Origin: Ministeria vibrans ATCC 50519
Lineage: Eukaryota > Protista > Filasterea
Length of the DNA: 60,434 nucleotides
Direction of reading: 5' to 3'
Assembly: GCA_943704425.1 (NCBI GenBank)
Contig: CALSCP010001564.1
Coordinates: 1 to 60,434 of the forward strand
How positions within the stretch are numbered: position 1 is the stretch's first letter; the number at the start of each line of letters is the position of its first letter. Positions 30,735 to 47,953 of this stretch are shown piece by piece. A program made the position numbers and the translations under genes. The notes below the pieces were generated by a model. The model searched no databases, was not told the DNA's origin, and saw only the letters and a program-made list of their open reading frames with translations.

Positions 30735-31106
30735 TACTCAAAAATACTCAACAAGCCGGATGTCCGCCGCTCTGGTATCCCACCCAGCAGTTGGTACACG
30801 CAACAGGCGGGGCACTGGTCCGTTGAAAACGGCAAAAAGACCAACTAGTCGTGTTGTTGTCGCTAAAAAAAAAAAAAAAAAGTGTGAGCTTTCAGCTTTG
30901 ACAAATAAATTGCGATCTCATCTTAAAAACCTTTCTCTGATCCCTCTGTTGAGTATGTTTCCTTATTCCTGGCCTAGTAGCATTTGAATTGATTGGAATA
31001 CCCAATGACCAATTACGCATATAAACACATTTGATGTGTCTTTTTCGCGATGGATTGATTTTTCTTCCTTTTCACTCTAGAACATACTTTTCTTTTTCGT
31101 CTCTGT

Positions 31107-34434
<3,328 letters not shown>

Positions 34435-35639
34435 GGCAAAGTTTGTGTGTAAATGATTTATGAAACCTATTAATTTATGTGTCATTAATGAAATATGGGT
34501 TGTATTCTCTTCTTTTAATGCACGTCTCCATGGGACGCCAAACCTCTCCGGGGCCCACGAGTGCGTCGTCACTCAAGAACAGAATGTACAACTCGCTGAG
34601 CGCGTTCAAGTATCTGAGCAAGATGCCAAAGAGGTCCAGACAGGTGCTACTGCTGCTGCGCTGCAACACAGGCATCAAGAGCACTACCTGCATCCGCCGT
34701 GGTATGAGGGGCCCGACTTTTGCTCGCTGCAACATTCCGGCTGGTGCAGCCATCCTACAACCGCAGCAGCAGCAACAACAACAACCATCGTAAGCCTTCC
34801 TGCTTGAGCTCACCCAGCGGTGTACCGACACCGATTTGACTCACTGGTCGGCAAGATCCTTGTCGAGACATTGCGCGCGACCAACGACACACACTATGAA
34901 GCGTTTCATCCCCTGGGAGAGATGTACAGATGCTTCATCGCCGCCGTTAACGCCACCCCAGTGATTCACCCGCCGTATCCCCCCTGTTTTTCCCCCCTAC
35001 CCTTTCGTATTATTTATCCTCACAATCTAACACACAGCCACGAGCACGCCAGCCGCCCTGCAGCCGCACCACCTCGCCTGTGTACCACGGGAGCGGCCCG
35101 CAGCCACCTGGACTTGCCGCCGCCGCCGACCACCGATCCGATTGGTTCAACACTTCAGAGCCCTATGCCCCCACTGGGGGATATGGCGTACCATTGCAAT
35201 TGCCTCACTGGATAGCGACAACACAGCACTCTGACCTGCCACTATTTTCCCATGTACCTTTAGAATTTCAATTGAGTTTGCAAGGCGGTCTGGCGGTGTC
35301 TTCGCGTGGTGACTGTAATCATAATAATTAATGGGTTGTATTCTTCTTTTTCTTCTATCCTTCGACCCGGACACCCCGCAACACAGACAGACAACGCGCC
35401 AGACTCCCACCGCGGTAAGAATCACTCTTACCACTGCCACCTCCGAGGCACATCAATGTCTCGTGAACGTTGGTACCCAGTTCTCCCGTTCCTGTCGAGG
35501 GCCCTCCGGCACATTGAGCCTGAGGGGCGCTGCAACGGTGCACCGGGAACTACCCCGTATATATATATAGCTCTCGATTCTCTATTTTTAAATATTTTCA
35601 TCACTAAGCAGGACATTATTACTTGGAAAATAAAAGGGT

Positions 35640-38600
35640 TTACTTGACGAGAATGGCGGCAATCATAGCATCACCCCCAACAACTGGACCGGCAGTGACA
35701 AGGTCATCTTCTGCAGAAGACACGGATGAAGTAGACCTGTCGCGACCCATTGTGTGGGCGTCCGTAAGCACTGCATCTGCACGATGCTTTGTGGCGTTGA
35801 TGCCAAGCACGGCGTGCAGAGCGGCAGTGGACGATTTGGAACCGGGTGACGCGGAGGCGGAGGCGACGGCAACGCCACTGCCTGTGCGACCACGCCCTTG
35901 GTCTCGAATCGCGTCTACGGCGGTCCTTGCAAGCTCATCCACCACCGTACACGTCGCTTGTCCATGGTTAGAAAGTGCAAGAGCGTCGCCACACCACTGA
36001 CCGTCGTGTAATTTGAAGTGCCTAAGTAAGAGTAGAAAGCAAGACGTGTCATGAAGACGTAATTTCTCCCAAACGATCAAAAATACACACGCGTACTGGC
36101 TGAAACGGCGAGAGACAATAGAGAGAACAGTATTGGACGGGACAGGATGGACAGCAACTTCTGGTTGGCCCTGGGAACTGGGGCTAATACGGGACGAGCC
36201 CGAAGCACTGAGGGTCGACGTGTGGCCGGTGCGTACGTCTGTCGCCAGTAAGGTGTTGGAGCCAATGCGGAAGGAGACGGCGCGTCCCTCAAGCGATGAT
36301 GACGTCGCTGGGAACACCCGCACACACATCAAGTCGCAGGCACAGCCGGGCAGGGACAAACCATCCGACTCACACTTGACCATCTGAAAGAGATGTTTGT
36401 GCAGCTCCGCGTGATACTCGGGCGTCAAGAGCTCATCAAGATCAAACAGGGCCATGACAACGGTCGCTGCCTGCGCCACAATACGCGCCAACTGCCGCTG
36501 CATACTCACCAGCTCACTGTCCTGTGACTCTCCGTCGACCACCACCATCACATACGAGTCGTCGCGTGCCAGCTACAGTACTCATTAAAACGAGTCTCAT
36601 TCATTCAACCTCTCAAATATTGTGCAGTGCACTTACTCGGTGACCGTAGACAACGCCACAGAGTGGGACCTGCGAGTTGGGAAGACTGGTGTGCTGAGCG
36701 CCAACACGATGATGAGTGGATCCCATGAGAGCACAGAAGGGACCCAGGGCACTCGCAGCATCAGCAGCACCTGACGACTGAGACACCATAAAGAAGCGCG
36801 ACTGAGAGCGCACCGACGCATCGCGATCCCACATAGGCACATACGCCAGCTTGGACGCTGAATGGCTCGCCACACGCACATCCACATCCTCAAGTGCATG
36901 GCCCTCCAGCGCAGTCGGCTCAAACAGCAGCGCCGCAATCCAGAACGACATGCACCCATTGCCAAAGATGGTCCGCTTCAGAACGCTGCATCGTGGCTTC
37001 CACATGCGCTCAATGTCGACGTTCTTGCCACTCTACATCAAGAAAAGAAATGAAAAGCGCGATTCACACACTCACTCACTTACACACATCCCCCAAATTT
37101 ACCTCTCTCAGACGAGCAAGCGTGAGCGAAGATGCCGCACGAATGACAATGTTGTACGGATCAAAATCGTCTTCACCATTGCGTTCGCGTGCCGAGGCAA
37201 TAACCATAGAGAGAGTGCGCGAAATATACTCGGAAATGTCTTGTGGTAAGGCACCACGCACAAAGATCAGTGTACGTTTGCGCGGGAAGTCGGACACATC
37301 AACAAAGTCACGTGAGGGTGGCCAGGTGTTGGTGAGGTACGCAAGAAGCATTTCGTCCAGGATGGGACTTGGCGGCTCGTTAAGGGAGACCAGTGTGACA
37401 CCCATTGATGTCGCAGACGCTGCCGCAGCTGTTGCAGCTGCAAGTTCCGTAAACTTTGCGCCCTCGGGGTATTGCGGCGCAGAGATGGACCGAGGCATTG
37501 GGTGGAGAGAAGAGTCGGCAGCAGGAGGCAGCATGTTGCTGCTGCTGCTGCTCTCGGACGGCCTTGCGCCAGTGCCGCCTGCAAATGATTGCATGCACTG
37601 CTGAAGCCGATCTTGGACGCTCAGTGAAGCGTTCAGCAGACCAATGTGCGGGTTGGGCGACGCAGGCACACCCAGCAGGGATGCAACCTGTCTGCAAAGA
37701 CAGAACACAAACAAAGATGAACATGACATGCGCACTCTTGTATTCTTCGAAAGGACTTACTTTTCGTGCTCTGCTGTGAGCAAGAGACAACGGCCGAGAT
37801 CGTCCTGAACACGCTGAACATACTGATCAAAGGAGACGCGGTCGAGTTTGGAGCGCATGGCATTGTTGACAATAGCAACGCGATCAAGACGGCGCTCGAG
37901 TCCATCGGCAATGTCAAGTGCATTGACAAAGTTGACCTGCCACTCTTTGCTCAACTGCGCCACACTACCCGTCTTGTACGAGCCGTAAATGTGCGCACGA
38001 CCGGCGGTCACCACCTCCTGCACTGCCTGCCGTAGCTCCTTGGAGATGGCAAGGTTCGTCGAGAGAAAGCGACGGAACTGACGAGAGAACACACGACGCA
38101 CAGTCAATCAGCAGCGGAAATACACACACAGAAAGACAGAGATGCAAACAACAACACCTTACTGAATCATGACAAATGCCAAAGACAAAAAGCTCACCGC
38201 CACTGCCGGAGAGACGATGGAACTGGTCGGCAAGCAGTGTGTTGCAGGCATACATGTTGGCGATGGCGTGAAGACGCACAAAGGCATGAGCGGTGTTGGG
38301 AAAACCGTCTTCGTGAAAGAAGGTCTTGGCGATGCCGGGCCGGACGGCCTCTGCAAAAAACTTTCGCACGAGCTTAGCCTCGGTGCGCGTCTCATCCGCA
38401 TTGACGTCGACAGCTCCACCGCGGAACGTCGAAAGTGGATAGAGCTCGATACCGCGTTTGATAGCGATGACAGGCTTTTGGTCGAGGGGGTCGAGACCGT
38501 ACTTCTGGCCGCGCGCAAACGCCAGATCCAGCTCATTGGCGGGAAATACTTCGAGCATGGCGCGCGACGAGACAAGTCGGTTGAGGCACTCTCCGGCGGC

Positions 38601-39815
38601 CGTGTCAAAGAAGCCACCGGAGTCGACGCGCTCGTTCTCCTCGGGCCGACGCAAGTGGTCCATGTTCATGTCGGGACGGGCTTTGGTGTCGTTGAGGGCG
38701 TGCATGAGAAAGCGTACAATGTCATGGAGGATGGCGCGGTTCTTCTGGCCGAGCGTCTGCAGCTGCTCGCGCACTGTGTTGGAGCACATGGTGCGATAAA
38801 TGGCCGGAATAACACCCCCTTCGAGGATCCGCTCAAGCTCCAGAAGAATCTTGCGCATCGAATAATCGTGCTCGTTGGAATTGGACCGCTTCTCGCTGAA
38901 CTCGTCGAGCGCCGAGAAGATACGTCGGATGTACCACAGGCGACGACGGACCTCGTCGAGCAACTCGGACTCGGCGCCACGCACGTCTGGCGCATTGATG
39001 GTCGCCTCGAGCGCCTGGTCGACGCTCATGCTCACTGACGCCCCCGTCGTTGTGGCCACAGCATCAGAGCCGCCGGCCGGAGCAGCTGCAGCACCAGCAC
39101 CAGCACCACCAGTCTTGTCCGTGGCTGTGCGCGGTGTGCCAAGAACGCCAGTCGGCTGCGGTGCATTCACAAGAAAGGACATTTCCGTAAACTCGCGAGC
39201 AAAGTCGTTGACACTACCGTCGACTGGAAGTCGCGAGAGTGTCACAAACCACACTTTGAACTCTTCGCAGAAGAGGTTGCGCGGATCGTTCTTGTAGTAG
39301 CCAATGGAATAGCTCTCACTGCGTTGCGTCTGGTAGCGACACAGGATGAGAATCGCATCAAGACAGAAGGAGTAGAGAGGACCCTCCATGCCAGCAAGCT
39401 TGTGGCGCCAGTACGCTTCGCTTTGCTTCTGTGGCGAAGTGCCAGTCGGAGGGGGAACTTTGCCGCCTGTGAAAAAAAAAACGGTCGAAACGTCAAGCCT
39501 ACAGTTGTGAGGGATCGCTGGCTTGTAGTATTGACACAATAGGTATACGCAGACAACCACAAGGTTAACAGCTGCCACGAGATTCGGCCGGACGCCGACA
39601 TGGGCATAAGGGAGTCGTTCTCGTTTATTATCGGGAGTTTTTTTTTTTTCGTTTTTTTCTTCACAATTCTTACGTTGCACCGACTCAATGATAGGCGGAA
39701 GCTCCGAGCTGGACGAGTATGTAGCAGTGTATGCGCCCTCTATGATGGCCCATTCCTTCTCTTCGGTCGCGTTAAAGTTGGATTTGCGCCATGGCAGTCT
39801 CAAATGCTCAAACAT
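35640..39815 (-). CDS. Orphan gene A, copy 2 (complete)
   Basis: Near-identical to 24761-28270 including introns; contains the segment missing at the copy-1 gap. Confidence 0.82.
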
Positions 39816-40119
39816 CCCACGTGCTTGCTTATCGCTTATGATTCGTTTATTCTTCGCTTATCGGACGCTTTTCGCCGTCCGTTTTTCAGGGGATTCTCAG
39901 TAAGAAGAAATAAAGGATGTGGCACACTCAACTATCTGTCGTGTAACACAAGAGGGTGACGACGGATTCTTTGATGGCGATTGAAGAAAGAAGAAAGATT
40001 AATAAATTAATTTTTAATTCTCCCCCTTGGCTTGGGGATCTTTCTCCTCAGTAGTATAAATAATTTTCTCTCCAGAAAATTTCAAAGTCCATCGTCCATA
40101 CTCCAAATACATTTGTTTG

Positions 40120-40949
40120 ATGCGTCCGCTTATTCTGTTTGGCGACGGGCAAGAAGGCGTCTTGGACAGCCTGCTGGTCAAGGGGAAGCAGCTGAATTGG
40201 AGGAAGACGGAAGATTCGACTCTGTTTGAAAAGGCAGTGCTGTCTCTCAACGCAGGGCCGACTGTCGTGTATCGACACACGCAATGGGTTCCGAACTGGG
40301 CGCACACGCCTGTTCAGGAGGAAGCAACAACGCTTCGAATGGTAAAAAGTGAAATCAACAATTTTTTTTCACTGTCTCTCGTCCCTCTGACTAGGTGGCG
40401 GCCCCCGTTGCGCTGGCGGTCATCAAAGCGCCACATGACACAAGCACGTCGGCGTTGGAGTCTCTCAAAGGGTCTCTTGTGAAGCTTGCGACCATATTCC
40501 AGTCAAATTTTTACGTCTTCTCGACTGATAAAGTCGTCCGCAGAGTGTGTGAGAGTCAGCTTGTCCACATCATCAACAAGATTGGCGACATCGTGGATCC
40601 TCTGGAAGCCACGAATACTCTTAGCAGCGCGGTAGTTATCACGAGGCCAGCTCCCCATACCCCTCCCACCGCAGAGCAACGTCCCATGGCACCCGTGACA
40701 GCCGCTCCCGCTCAAGCGACAACCACGCCGCAAGCAACCAAACCCGGCGTGACTGCGTTGTCGAGTACGAGTGGCACGTCCAAGAAGAAGAAGAAGCAGG
40801 TGCTGGAGGCAATGGGAGCGGTGGTGGCAGGATCTCTGGCGTCTAAATACGTGTACCAGAAAGTGATTGGAGAGCGGAGCAAAAAAGAGGCTGACGAGGC
40901 AGAGGAAATGACCGCCCAAGAACACGAAAATGAGCAGAACGACATCTGA
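40120..40949 (+). CDS. Orphan gene B, copy 2
   Basis: MRPLILFGDGQEG..; exon 2 VAAPVALAVIKAP..FYVFSTDKVVR; divergent C-terminal tail. Confidence 0.75.
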
Positions 40950-41055
40950 GCGACATGAGAATAAGAGATAGACAATAAAAATTTATTTTCAACAAAAAGC
41001 AGAGCGAAGAAAGTGATGGAGAGGGAGGGGGGGGCAGAAGTAGTTCAGAAGTAAA

Positions 41056-41882
41056 TCAGGCGGAGGATGCGTTGAGATCGTTCTGTCGCGTCCCCATGGG
41101 AAAGCTGTCCTCGGGGTACATGTCGGACGCGATGCGGTTCGTCGGCCGATCTTTCCCGTAGATACTGCCCGAGTGTGTCGGATCGGGGTCGCCCTTATCG
41201 CGCGTGTACACTGCGACAATGCACGCAAATGTAATGACCGCCCAACGACCCAGCATGGCCGCATAGGCAAAGCGCACTGGGTGCGTTGTATTGCTGTTGC
41301 TACAATTGAATACGGTAAGGGGCACATCAACGATGATCATCACCGTCATAGTCACCCAAATGAAGATTAAGAACCACGCAGACTTGCTCGTCGTGGTGTC
41401 CTTTGTACACGGCGCTTTGAGAGTCAGTAGCAGTCTACCGACCCAGATGAAAAGCACACCACCAAATGTGATGGCCACATAGAGAGACTCGATGATCACA
41501 AAGAACAAGTTGACTTTTCGCCAGTGCGGCGAGTTGCAGGGGTCGTCCGCGCGCTTAGTTCCAATCCATATTGTGTAACCTGAAAGAAACCAGCAATGAA
41601 GTGAGCACATCTTGTGAGGTGGAGTGCCCTGTATCAATATACAGCAGGACAAGATCGTTGGGGACGGGACCACGAAGAGCGAGGAGCGGGGAGAATGTGA
41701 CAGTCGAGAGTGGAGAGATACTCAATCTTGTTTAATTTGGGTTTGTCGGGGAAGAAAACACTTCGAAAACACACTCAAACGCACACATTCATAGCTAGCA
41801 TAGACACCCTACCAAACATGGCAAGCAGGAGCACAAGCGCGACGAAACGCAATACGAGCTTATGAGTCTCAGTGCGCGCCAT
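41056..41882 (-). CDS. Orphan gene C, copy 2: four-TM membrane protein
   Basis: Exon 1 MARTETHKLVLRFVALVLLLAMFG spliced to YTIWIGTKRADDPCNSPHW. Confidence 0.8.
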
Positions 41883-42341
41883 TATAATAATTATTATTAA
41901 TAAGCGAGAATTCAGAGAGAATGGAAAGAGAAAGGAACAGTCCGAGCAAATTGATGTCCGCCGCTCCGATTTCCAGTCCTGCAGTCAGCAAAGGCGATAA
42001 GGTGCCACTATTCAGCGGTAGGAGTTGAGCAAATCAACCACAGTATTTTTTTATCCTTTTTTTAATCGAAAATTTCTAATACGTCAGACGTGTAAAAAAT
42101 GCACGAAATATGAAGTGATCATATAAGTGATCGCCCGATAATGGGGTCTCTCGTCCCTTCCCACTCATTCCAGACAACCCTCAGTAAATAGGCTCAGTTG
42201 AGTCAGTTCTTGGATTCTATTACTTATCAGTTTTCTGACTACTGGTCACTGGGGAGTTGAAAACTGTGAGACAAATGAATACGAGGAGTAACAATTAATA
42301 ATAATAATTTTTAAAAATAATTATTCTCTTCATTCTTTGCT

Positions 42342-44889
42342 ATGAGCAATTGTGATTTCATTATCGAGACCGAGAACACCAGCCAAAGCGTGTTTTCAGA
42401 CCTGACCAACACTGAGCTTGAAGAAGCGGCGGAGCAACCCGACGACGCTGGGGCACGCCACCAAGCGAATAGAGAGTCGAAATTCGCTTCATTTGTCGCC
42501 GTCAAGCAGTCTTACCGCAGCACCGCGCCTGCTAATGAGACACTGGCTGCGCGTGCGTCTGAGTCCGGAGGGGAGGATTCGAAGTTGTTCACCGTAAAGG
42601 TGCTGGTCGGCGGTCGCTTAAACCATATTCGTACACCAACTCTTAACCCCGCTGATGTTGCCGCTGCCGCCGTTCCCGCCTGGTCGCCAAGCCTCTGTCG
42701 CGATGCACGATTTCGTGACGAGACACAAGCAAGGCCGAGTCTTACCGTCACGCCATTGCAAAGTGGCAAAACGTATGAGCTGCTGCCCGCCAGCAGAGAG
42801 GCCCTCGACATGATCCCCAACCAGACGCACCCTAGCTTGATAGCCGTTGGCGGACAAAATACTGCAGTGGACCCGGAAGTCGACGCGGCGCGCATTAACG
42901 AAGAGTTCTTTTCCCAGAATCAACTGCTGTGGCCCTTTGAAGTGCTCGCGTACCATGTTGGATTGCGTCTAGAGCGTTACGCCGCCGCCCAAGAAGTACT
43001 TCACGAAGATCCCCGACAAGCCCTCGAATGGCTTACACATGCTGTTACAAACAACAAGCATCCTCTGGATTACGACGAGCTACGGAGTATTGCGAGAAAA
43101 GCCTTAGATGACGCCAAGGAAGATGAAGAGGGATCCCCACCTGAGACTTGTCTTGTGGATGATATGCAGGCAGTCAAGTACGTACCGGACGATAAGGAAG
43201 CCAAAAATCCACGTAAGGAGGATGCGAGCGACATGGATGAGCCAGGTACAGGTACAGAGGGTGAGCAAAGTCACAAGGCGGCGGAGGCGGAGAAAGAAGA
43301 GGAGAAGGGAGAAGAAGAAGTGCTTGTAGTCAACGCGGCAATGTATGCGCAGGGAAGAGAACGTGAGAGTGACGGAGAGGAGGAGGAGGAGGAGGAGAAG
43401 GAGGGAGAAGAGGGAGGGGAACGAAATGGTGATGAGGATGATGATAGGACCACTAAGATTTCTCAGGGAGCGCAAACAATACTTAACAAGCTACAAAGCG
43501 CCAACCTGACCCAGAAAGACGATCTTGCTCGGTTGTTTTGGGACGCAACAAAGAATATGAAAAAAGAAGACGGACTCAACGAGTGGCTCAAGCAAATGGT
43601 GGAAGAACGCGGGAGTGACACAGTCGCGGGGTGGATGTGCCGGCACATCACACGTTCCAAGGTCCACAAGTACATGAGACAGGCATTAATGAACTCCGAT
43701 CTTCACATCGCAAGTCGTACGGGCGGTCTGTTTCCCATTGTGCTCATGGCTACGCCACGCGAGATCAAACTCAATCGAAAGTACAAGAAACTGACAGTTC
43801 AAATTCTCCCCCGCTCCCTTTCTGCCCCTTGCTCGTTCACGCGCGCTTCCCAACACGCCGCTCTGCGTGCCGCGGTGAAGCCAGTGGGCGGCAGNNNNNN
43901 NNNNNNNNNNNNNNNNNNNNNNNNNNNNNNNNNNNNNNNNNNNNNNNNNNNNNNNNNNNNNNNNNNNNNNNNNNNNNNNNNNNNNNNNNNNNNNNNNNNN
44001 NNNNNNNNNNNNNNNNNNNNNNNNNNNNNNNNNNNNNNNNNNNNNNNNNNNNNNNNNNNNNNNNNNNNNNNNNNNNNNNNNNNNNNNNNNNNNNNNNNNN
44101 NNNNNNNNNNNNNNNNNNNNNNNNNNNNNNNNNNNNNNNNNNNNNNNNNNNNNNNNNNNNNNNNNNNNNNNNNNNNNNNNNNNNNNNNNNNNNNNNNNNN
44201 NNNNNNNNNNNNNNNNNNNNNNNNNNNNNNNNNNNNNNNNNNNNNNNNNNNNNNNNNNNNNNNNNNNNNNNNNNNNNNNNNNNNNNNNNNNNNNNNNNNN
44301 NNNNNNNNNNNNNNNNNNNNNNNNNNNNNNNNNNNNNNNNNNNNNNNNNNNNNNNNNNNNNNNNNNNNNNNNNNNNNNNNNNNNNNNNNNNNNNNNNNNN
44401 NNNNNNNNNNNNNNNNNNNNNNNNNNNNNNNNNNNNNNNNNNNNNNNNNNNNNNNNNNNNNNNNNNNNNNNNNNNNNNNNNNNNNNNNNNNNNNNNNNNN
44501 NNNNNNNNNNNNNNNNNNNNNNNNNNNNNNNNNNNNNNNNNNNNNNNNNNNNNNNNNNNNNNNNNNNNNNNNNNNNNNNNNNNNNNNNNNNNNNNNNNNN
44601 NNNNNNNNNNNNNNNNNNNNNNNNNNNNNNNNNNNNNNNNNNNNNNNNNNNNNNNNNNNNNNNNNNNNNNNNNNNNNNNNNNNNNNNNNNNNNNNNNNNN
44701 NNNNNNNNNNNNNNNNNNNNNNNNNNNNNNNNNNNNNNNNNNNNNNNNNNNNNNNNNNNNNNNNNNNNNNNNNNNNNNNNNNNNNNNNNNNNNNNNNNNN
44801 NNNNNNNNNNNNNNNNNNNNNNNNNNNNNNNNNNNNNNNNNNNNNNNNNNNNNNNNNNNNNNNNNNNNNNNNNNNNNNNNNNNNNNNNN

Positions 44890-44937
<48 letters not shown>

Positions 44938-45139
44938 CGTGCACGTGTAAACACGCACACGCGCGTACATACGCACATACACTCTCACGTTCTGCTCGTA
45001 CACTCTCTCGTCCAAAAATTGCATGGTATACGTTCTCATTTTGAATGTGGTTGCTTGTGATCCTTAGGCGTATTTACGTGAGTCAGTGCCCATCACTGGG
45101 TTTCACCCCGCCTCAGTTTATTCCCAACCACTCCAGTGA
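42342..45139 (+). CDS. Orphan gene D, copy 2 (3' half largely in N gap)
   Basis: Aligns with copy 1 (VKVLVGGRL, WPFEVL.Y.VGLRLERYAAAQEVL.EDPRQALEWL, HKYMRQAL...DLHI.SRTGGLFP). Last exon AYLRESVPITGFHPASVYSQPLQ*. Confidence 0.78.
43895..44889. other. Assembly gap (about 1 kb of N)
   Basis: N run. Confidence 1.
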
Positions 45140-45288
45140 TTGGTGTGTGTATACATAATATTATTACATTATATTCCTTTGTGCATCACACTTTCAATAG
45201 CCTTTTTCAATTTTCATCTATAATTCATACAAATCGTCACTCAAATGTCGATACCTACTTTCTTGCATTAAGCACATTTTTTGTTTCC

Positions 45289-45955
45289 CTATACACACTC
45301 TAATCGCCTGAGGATAACAGGCAGACTCACAACACGAACGATCGCTCCTGCAGACACAGTTCCTCCGCAGACAACAACAGCCATAATCCCACCCCGCCGC
45401 TCGACCTCCCCTTGCTCATTGGTCGACACAAGCATCTTCAGAAGGCCTTTGCGATGCGTCTCTATCTGACCACACGGATTGCGTAAGCCTGTGATGCGTA
45501 ATCTCACGTCCGCTCCAAGTTGAACCACTGTGTCTCGCGGAAGTTGCAACAGCTCAATGCCACGCGTGCACACATTCTCTCCAAGCTCACCCGGGTGTAC
45601 GTTGACGCGGTGCATTGTCTCGAGCGACAGTAGATGGACCTGAGAGGGAACGTTGAAAGGATGTCAGCACTTGAAGAGACACAATCAACAATCGTACTTG
45701 TCGTAAATTGGGCTGTGTGGGATCGCGCGCAACGCGCGACAGATGCTGAACCGTCGCACCTCCATGGGAGTCCCCCTCGACACCGTGTCCCACGCGAATA
45801 GTGATCGTATCTTGGATCTTTTTGGAGAATTCGTGCTGTCGACTTGCCGCCACTGAAACGACACTTCCAGCCACTGAGAGCCACCGAAGTCTTTCCAAAA
45901 CGTTCCACAACACTGCCACACCCAAGGGGAAAGCCAGGGCAGGAATAATGCTCAT
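45289..45955 (-). CDS. MOSC domain-containing protein (bacterial/fungal type), 2 exons
   Basis: HEFSK..GVEGDSHGGATVQHLSRVARDPTQPNLRQ|VHL..PGELGENVCTRGIELL..ITGLRNPCGQI..GIMAVVVCGG; conserved MOSC Cys in NPC. Confidence 0.9.
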
Positions 45956-46051
45956 TTTTTGGGGGGTTAAAGTTGTGTTTTCAACAATTTGTGTTGAACT
46001 GTTGATCGAATTTTGGAAGTCGCTGAATCGATCAATAATTTTTTTCTTTTC

Positions 46052-46396
46052 ATGAACTGTCTGACTGTTGCATTCACACTCGCTGCACTTGGCAGTGTGC
46101 TGGCGGAGCCACGCATCAGCACAATCCTCAGTTCGGAGGAATGCGACGTGAGAGAATACGGTGCGATTGGCGATGGGAGTGCCATTGACACATCCGCTGT
46201 CAACAACGCACTTAGCGACGTCCGCTGCAGCCGGGTTGTCGTGCGCAACGGCACCTTTGTGGTCGGGTCGCTTCACTTGCGGTCTAACCTTCATTTCTCC
46301 GTCGAGTATGACGCCGTTCTCATGGGAGCACGGTGAGAATGAGGGAAATATGCGAACACACAACAAACACACAAGTTCAGCTTCCGTTGATATTAA

Positions 46397-46441
<45 letters not shown>

Positions 46442-47727
46442 TTTATTATTATTGTATTTGCAGCAACGACGGAAACCACTACGATCCAGCCGAACCCAAC
46501 CCTTGGTCGCAGTACCAGGACTTTGGCCATAGTCATTTCCATGACGCCATGATGTGGGGCGAGGGCATCTCCGACGTTGTGCTGGATGGCGGAGGCATCA
46601 TTGACGGCGGAGAGCACGGAATCACCTCTGGAGGTTCGCATTTCTCCGCGCTCGCTCCATTGTCTTTTGATTCTCCATTTTTTTCTCTTTCCCTTTCTTT
46701 AGACCCACCTCCTGGTGGTGGAGACAAGATGATCTCTTTAAAATCGTGTCAGCGCGTGACGGTACGCGATCTCACCCTACGCCGCACTGGACACTTTGCC
46801 TTGCTTGCGACCAACGTCGACTACTTGCACATTGTTGGCGTCAACACAGAGCCGACACGCGACGGATTTGACATTGTGGGGTGTCGTCATGTGCTGGTAG
46901 AGTCAACGTCGATTGCAGGCGGTGGAGACGACGCACTCGTTCTCAAATCAGACTATTCTACAGGACAAATCCTGGCAACATTCAATATTACCGTACGCCA
47001 GTGTGCCATCTCAACTAACGGCGCTACCGCTCTTGAAATTGGCAGCGAGACCATCGGCGACTTTACGGACATTCTGTTTGAGGACATTTCCATCCACAGC
47101 GCAGGCGATGCGGGCATTGGCATTGCCACCATGGACGGCAGTGTCGTCTCGCACGTCACGTACCGCCGCATTACCATGGACGCCGTCACGTCCCCGCTTC
47201 AATTTTATATTGGCGCTCGTTGTCTCGCTCCTGTGCGGAAAATTGGAAAAATTCATCATATTCGAGTGGAAGATGTGACTGCAACACAACTGTATGATCC
47301 CTTCAAAATGCGCAATTGGACGTCAAGTGTGGACGGACAGAATGTTAATGCGACGGCGAATGTTACCGAAACACATATGATTGGCCCTGAGATTCATTTT
47401 GAGCGACTGCTTTTTCAGTACAAAGGAGGAGCACTCGCGGAAGACATCAAGTTGGTCCCTCCGCACATTTTCGACCATTGGTTCCAGCTTGGAGTGAGAC
47501 CATCCTATGCATTTTTTGTGCGAAATGCATATGGAGTGACGTTTGACTCGATCGACGTGCGCTGCGACGTTCCCGACTATCGACCATCGTTTTTGATCTC
47601 GCACTCGCACAATGTGACCCTTTCATCTTCAGTGCGTGCACAAAAGGCCATTGCGTTTGATGTGGGGCTCAGGCAGGCAACGGAGGTGAAAGTGCCCGCT
47701 CATTTGGTGGTTAGAGACAATGTATGA
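46052..47727 (+). CDS. Secreted glycoside hydrolase family 28 (polygalacturonase-like), 3 exons
   Basis: Signal peptide; DVREYGAIGDG..DTSAVN; GSLHLRSN; QDFGHSHFHDAMMWGE; RDGFD, GDDALVLKS, IGSET. Confidence 0.9.
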
Positions 47728-47953
47728 CAATCAGGAAACAAAGTGATGGAGAGAAAGGCACACTGATAGAGAGAAAGTGATGAAGGAAAGGAGGAGAGAG
47801 GAGCAAAGGAAACATGAATAATAGAGTAATGAATAAAGAAGATTGAGGGACGTAAAAAATTGAAGAGAGAACTCAACGAGTAAGTCACTAATAACTATAA
47901 AAATATTATTAATATAAAGCTTGTTCATACGACACAACACAATCAACCGAAAA

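Larger units (their letters stand above)
35632..45139. repeat. Copy 2 of the tandemly duplicated four-gene cassette
   Basis: Collinear with 24753-34434. Confidence 0.95.

Noticed and set aside
30618-30848. Plus-strand ORF that seems conserved with about 41800-41890
   Set aside because: It is the antisense shadow of exon 1 of the four-TM gene C
43631-45044. 400-900 aa ORFs spanning X runs
   Set aside because: Read-through of the N gap
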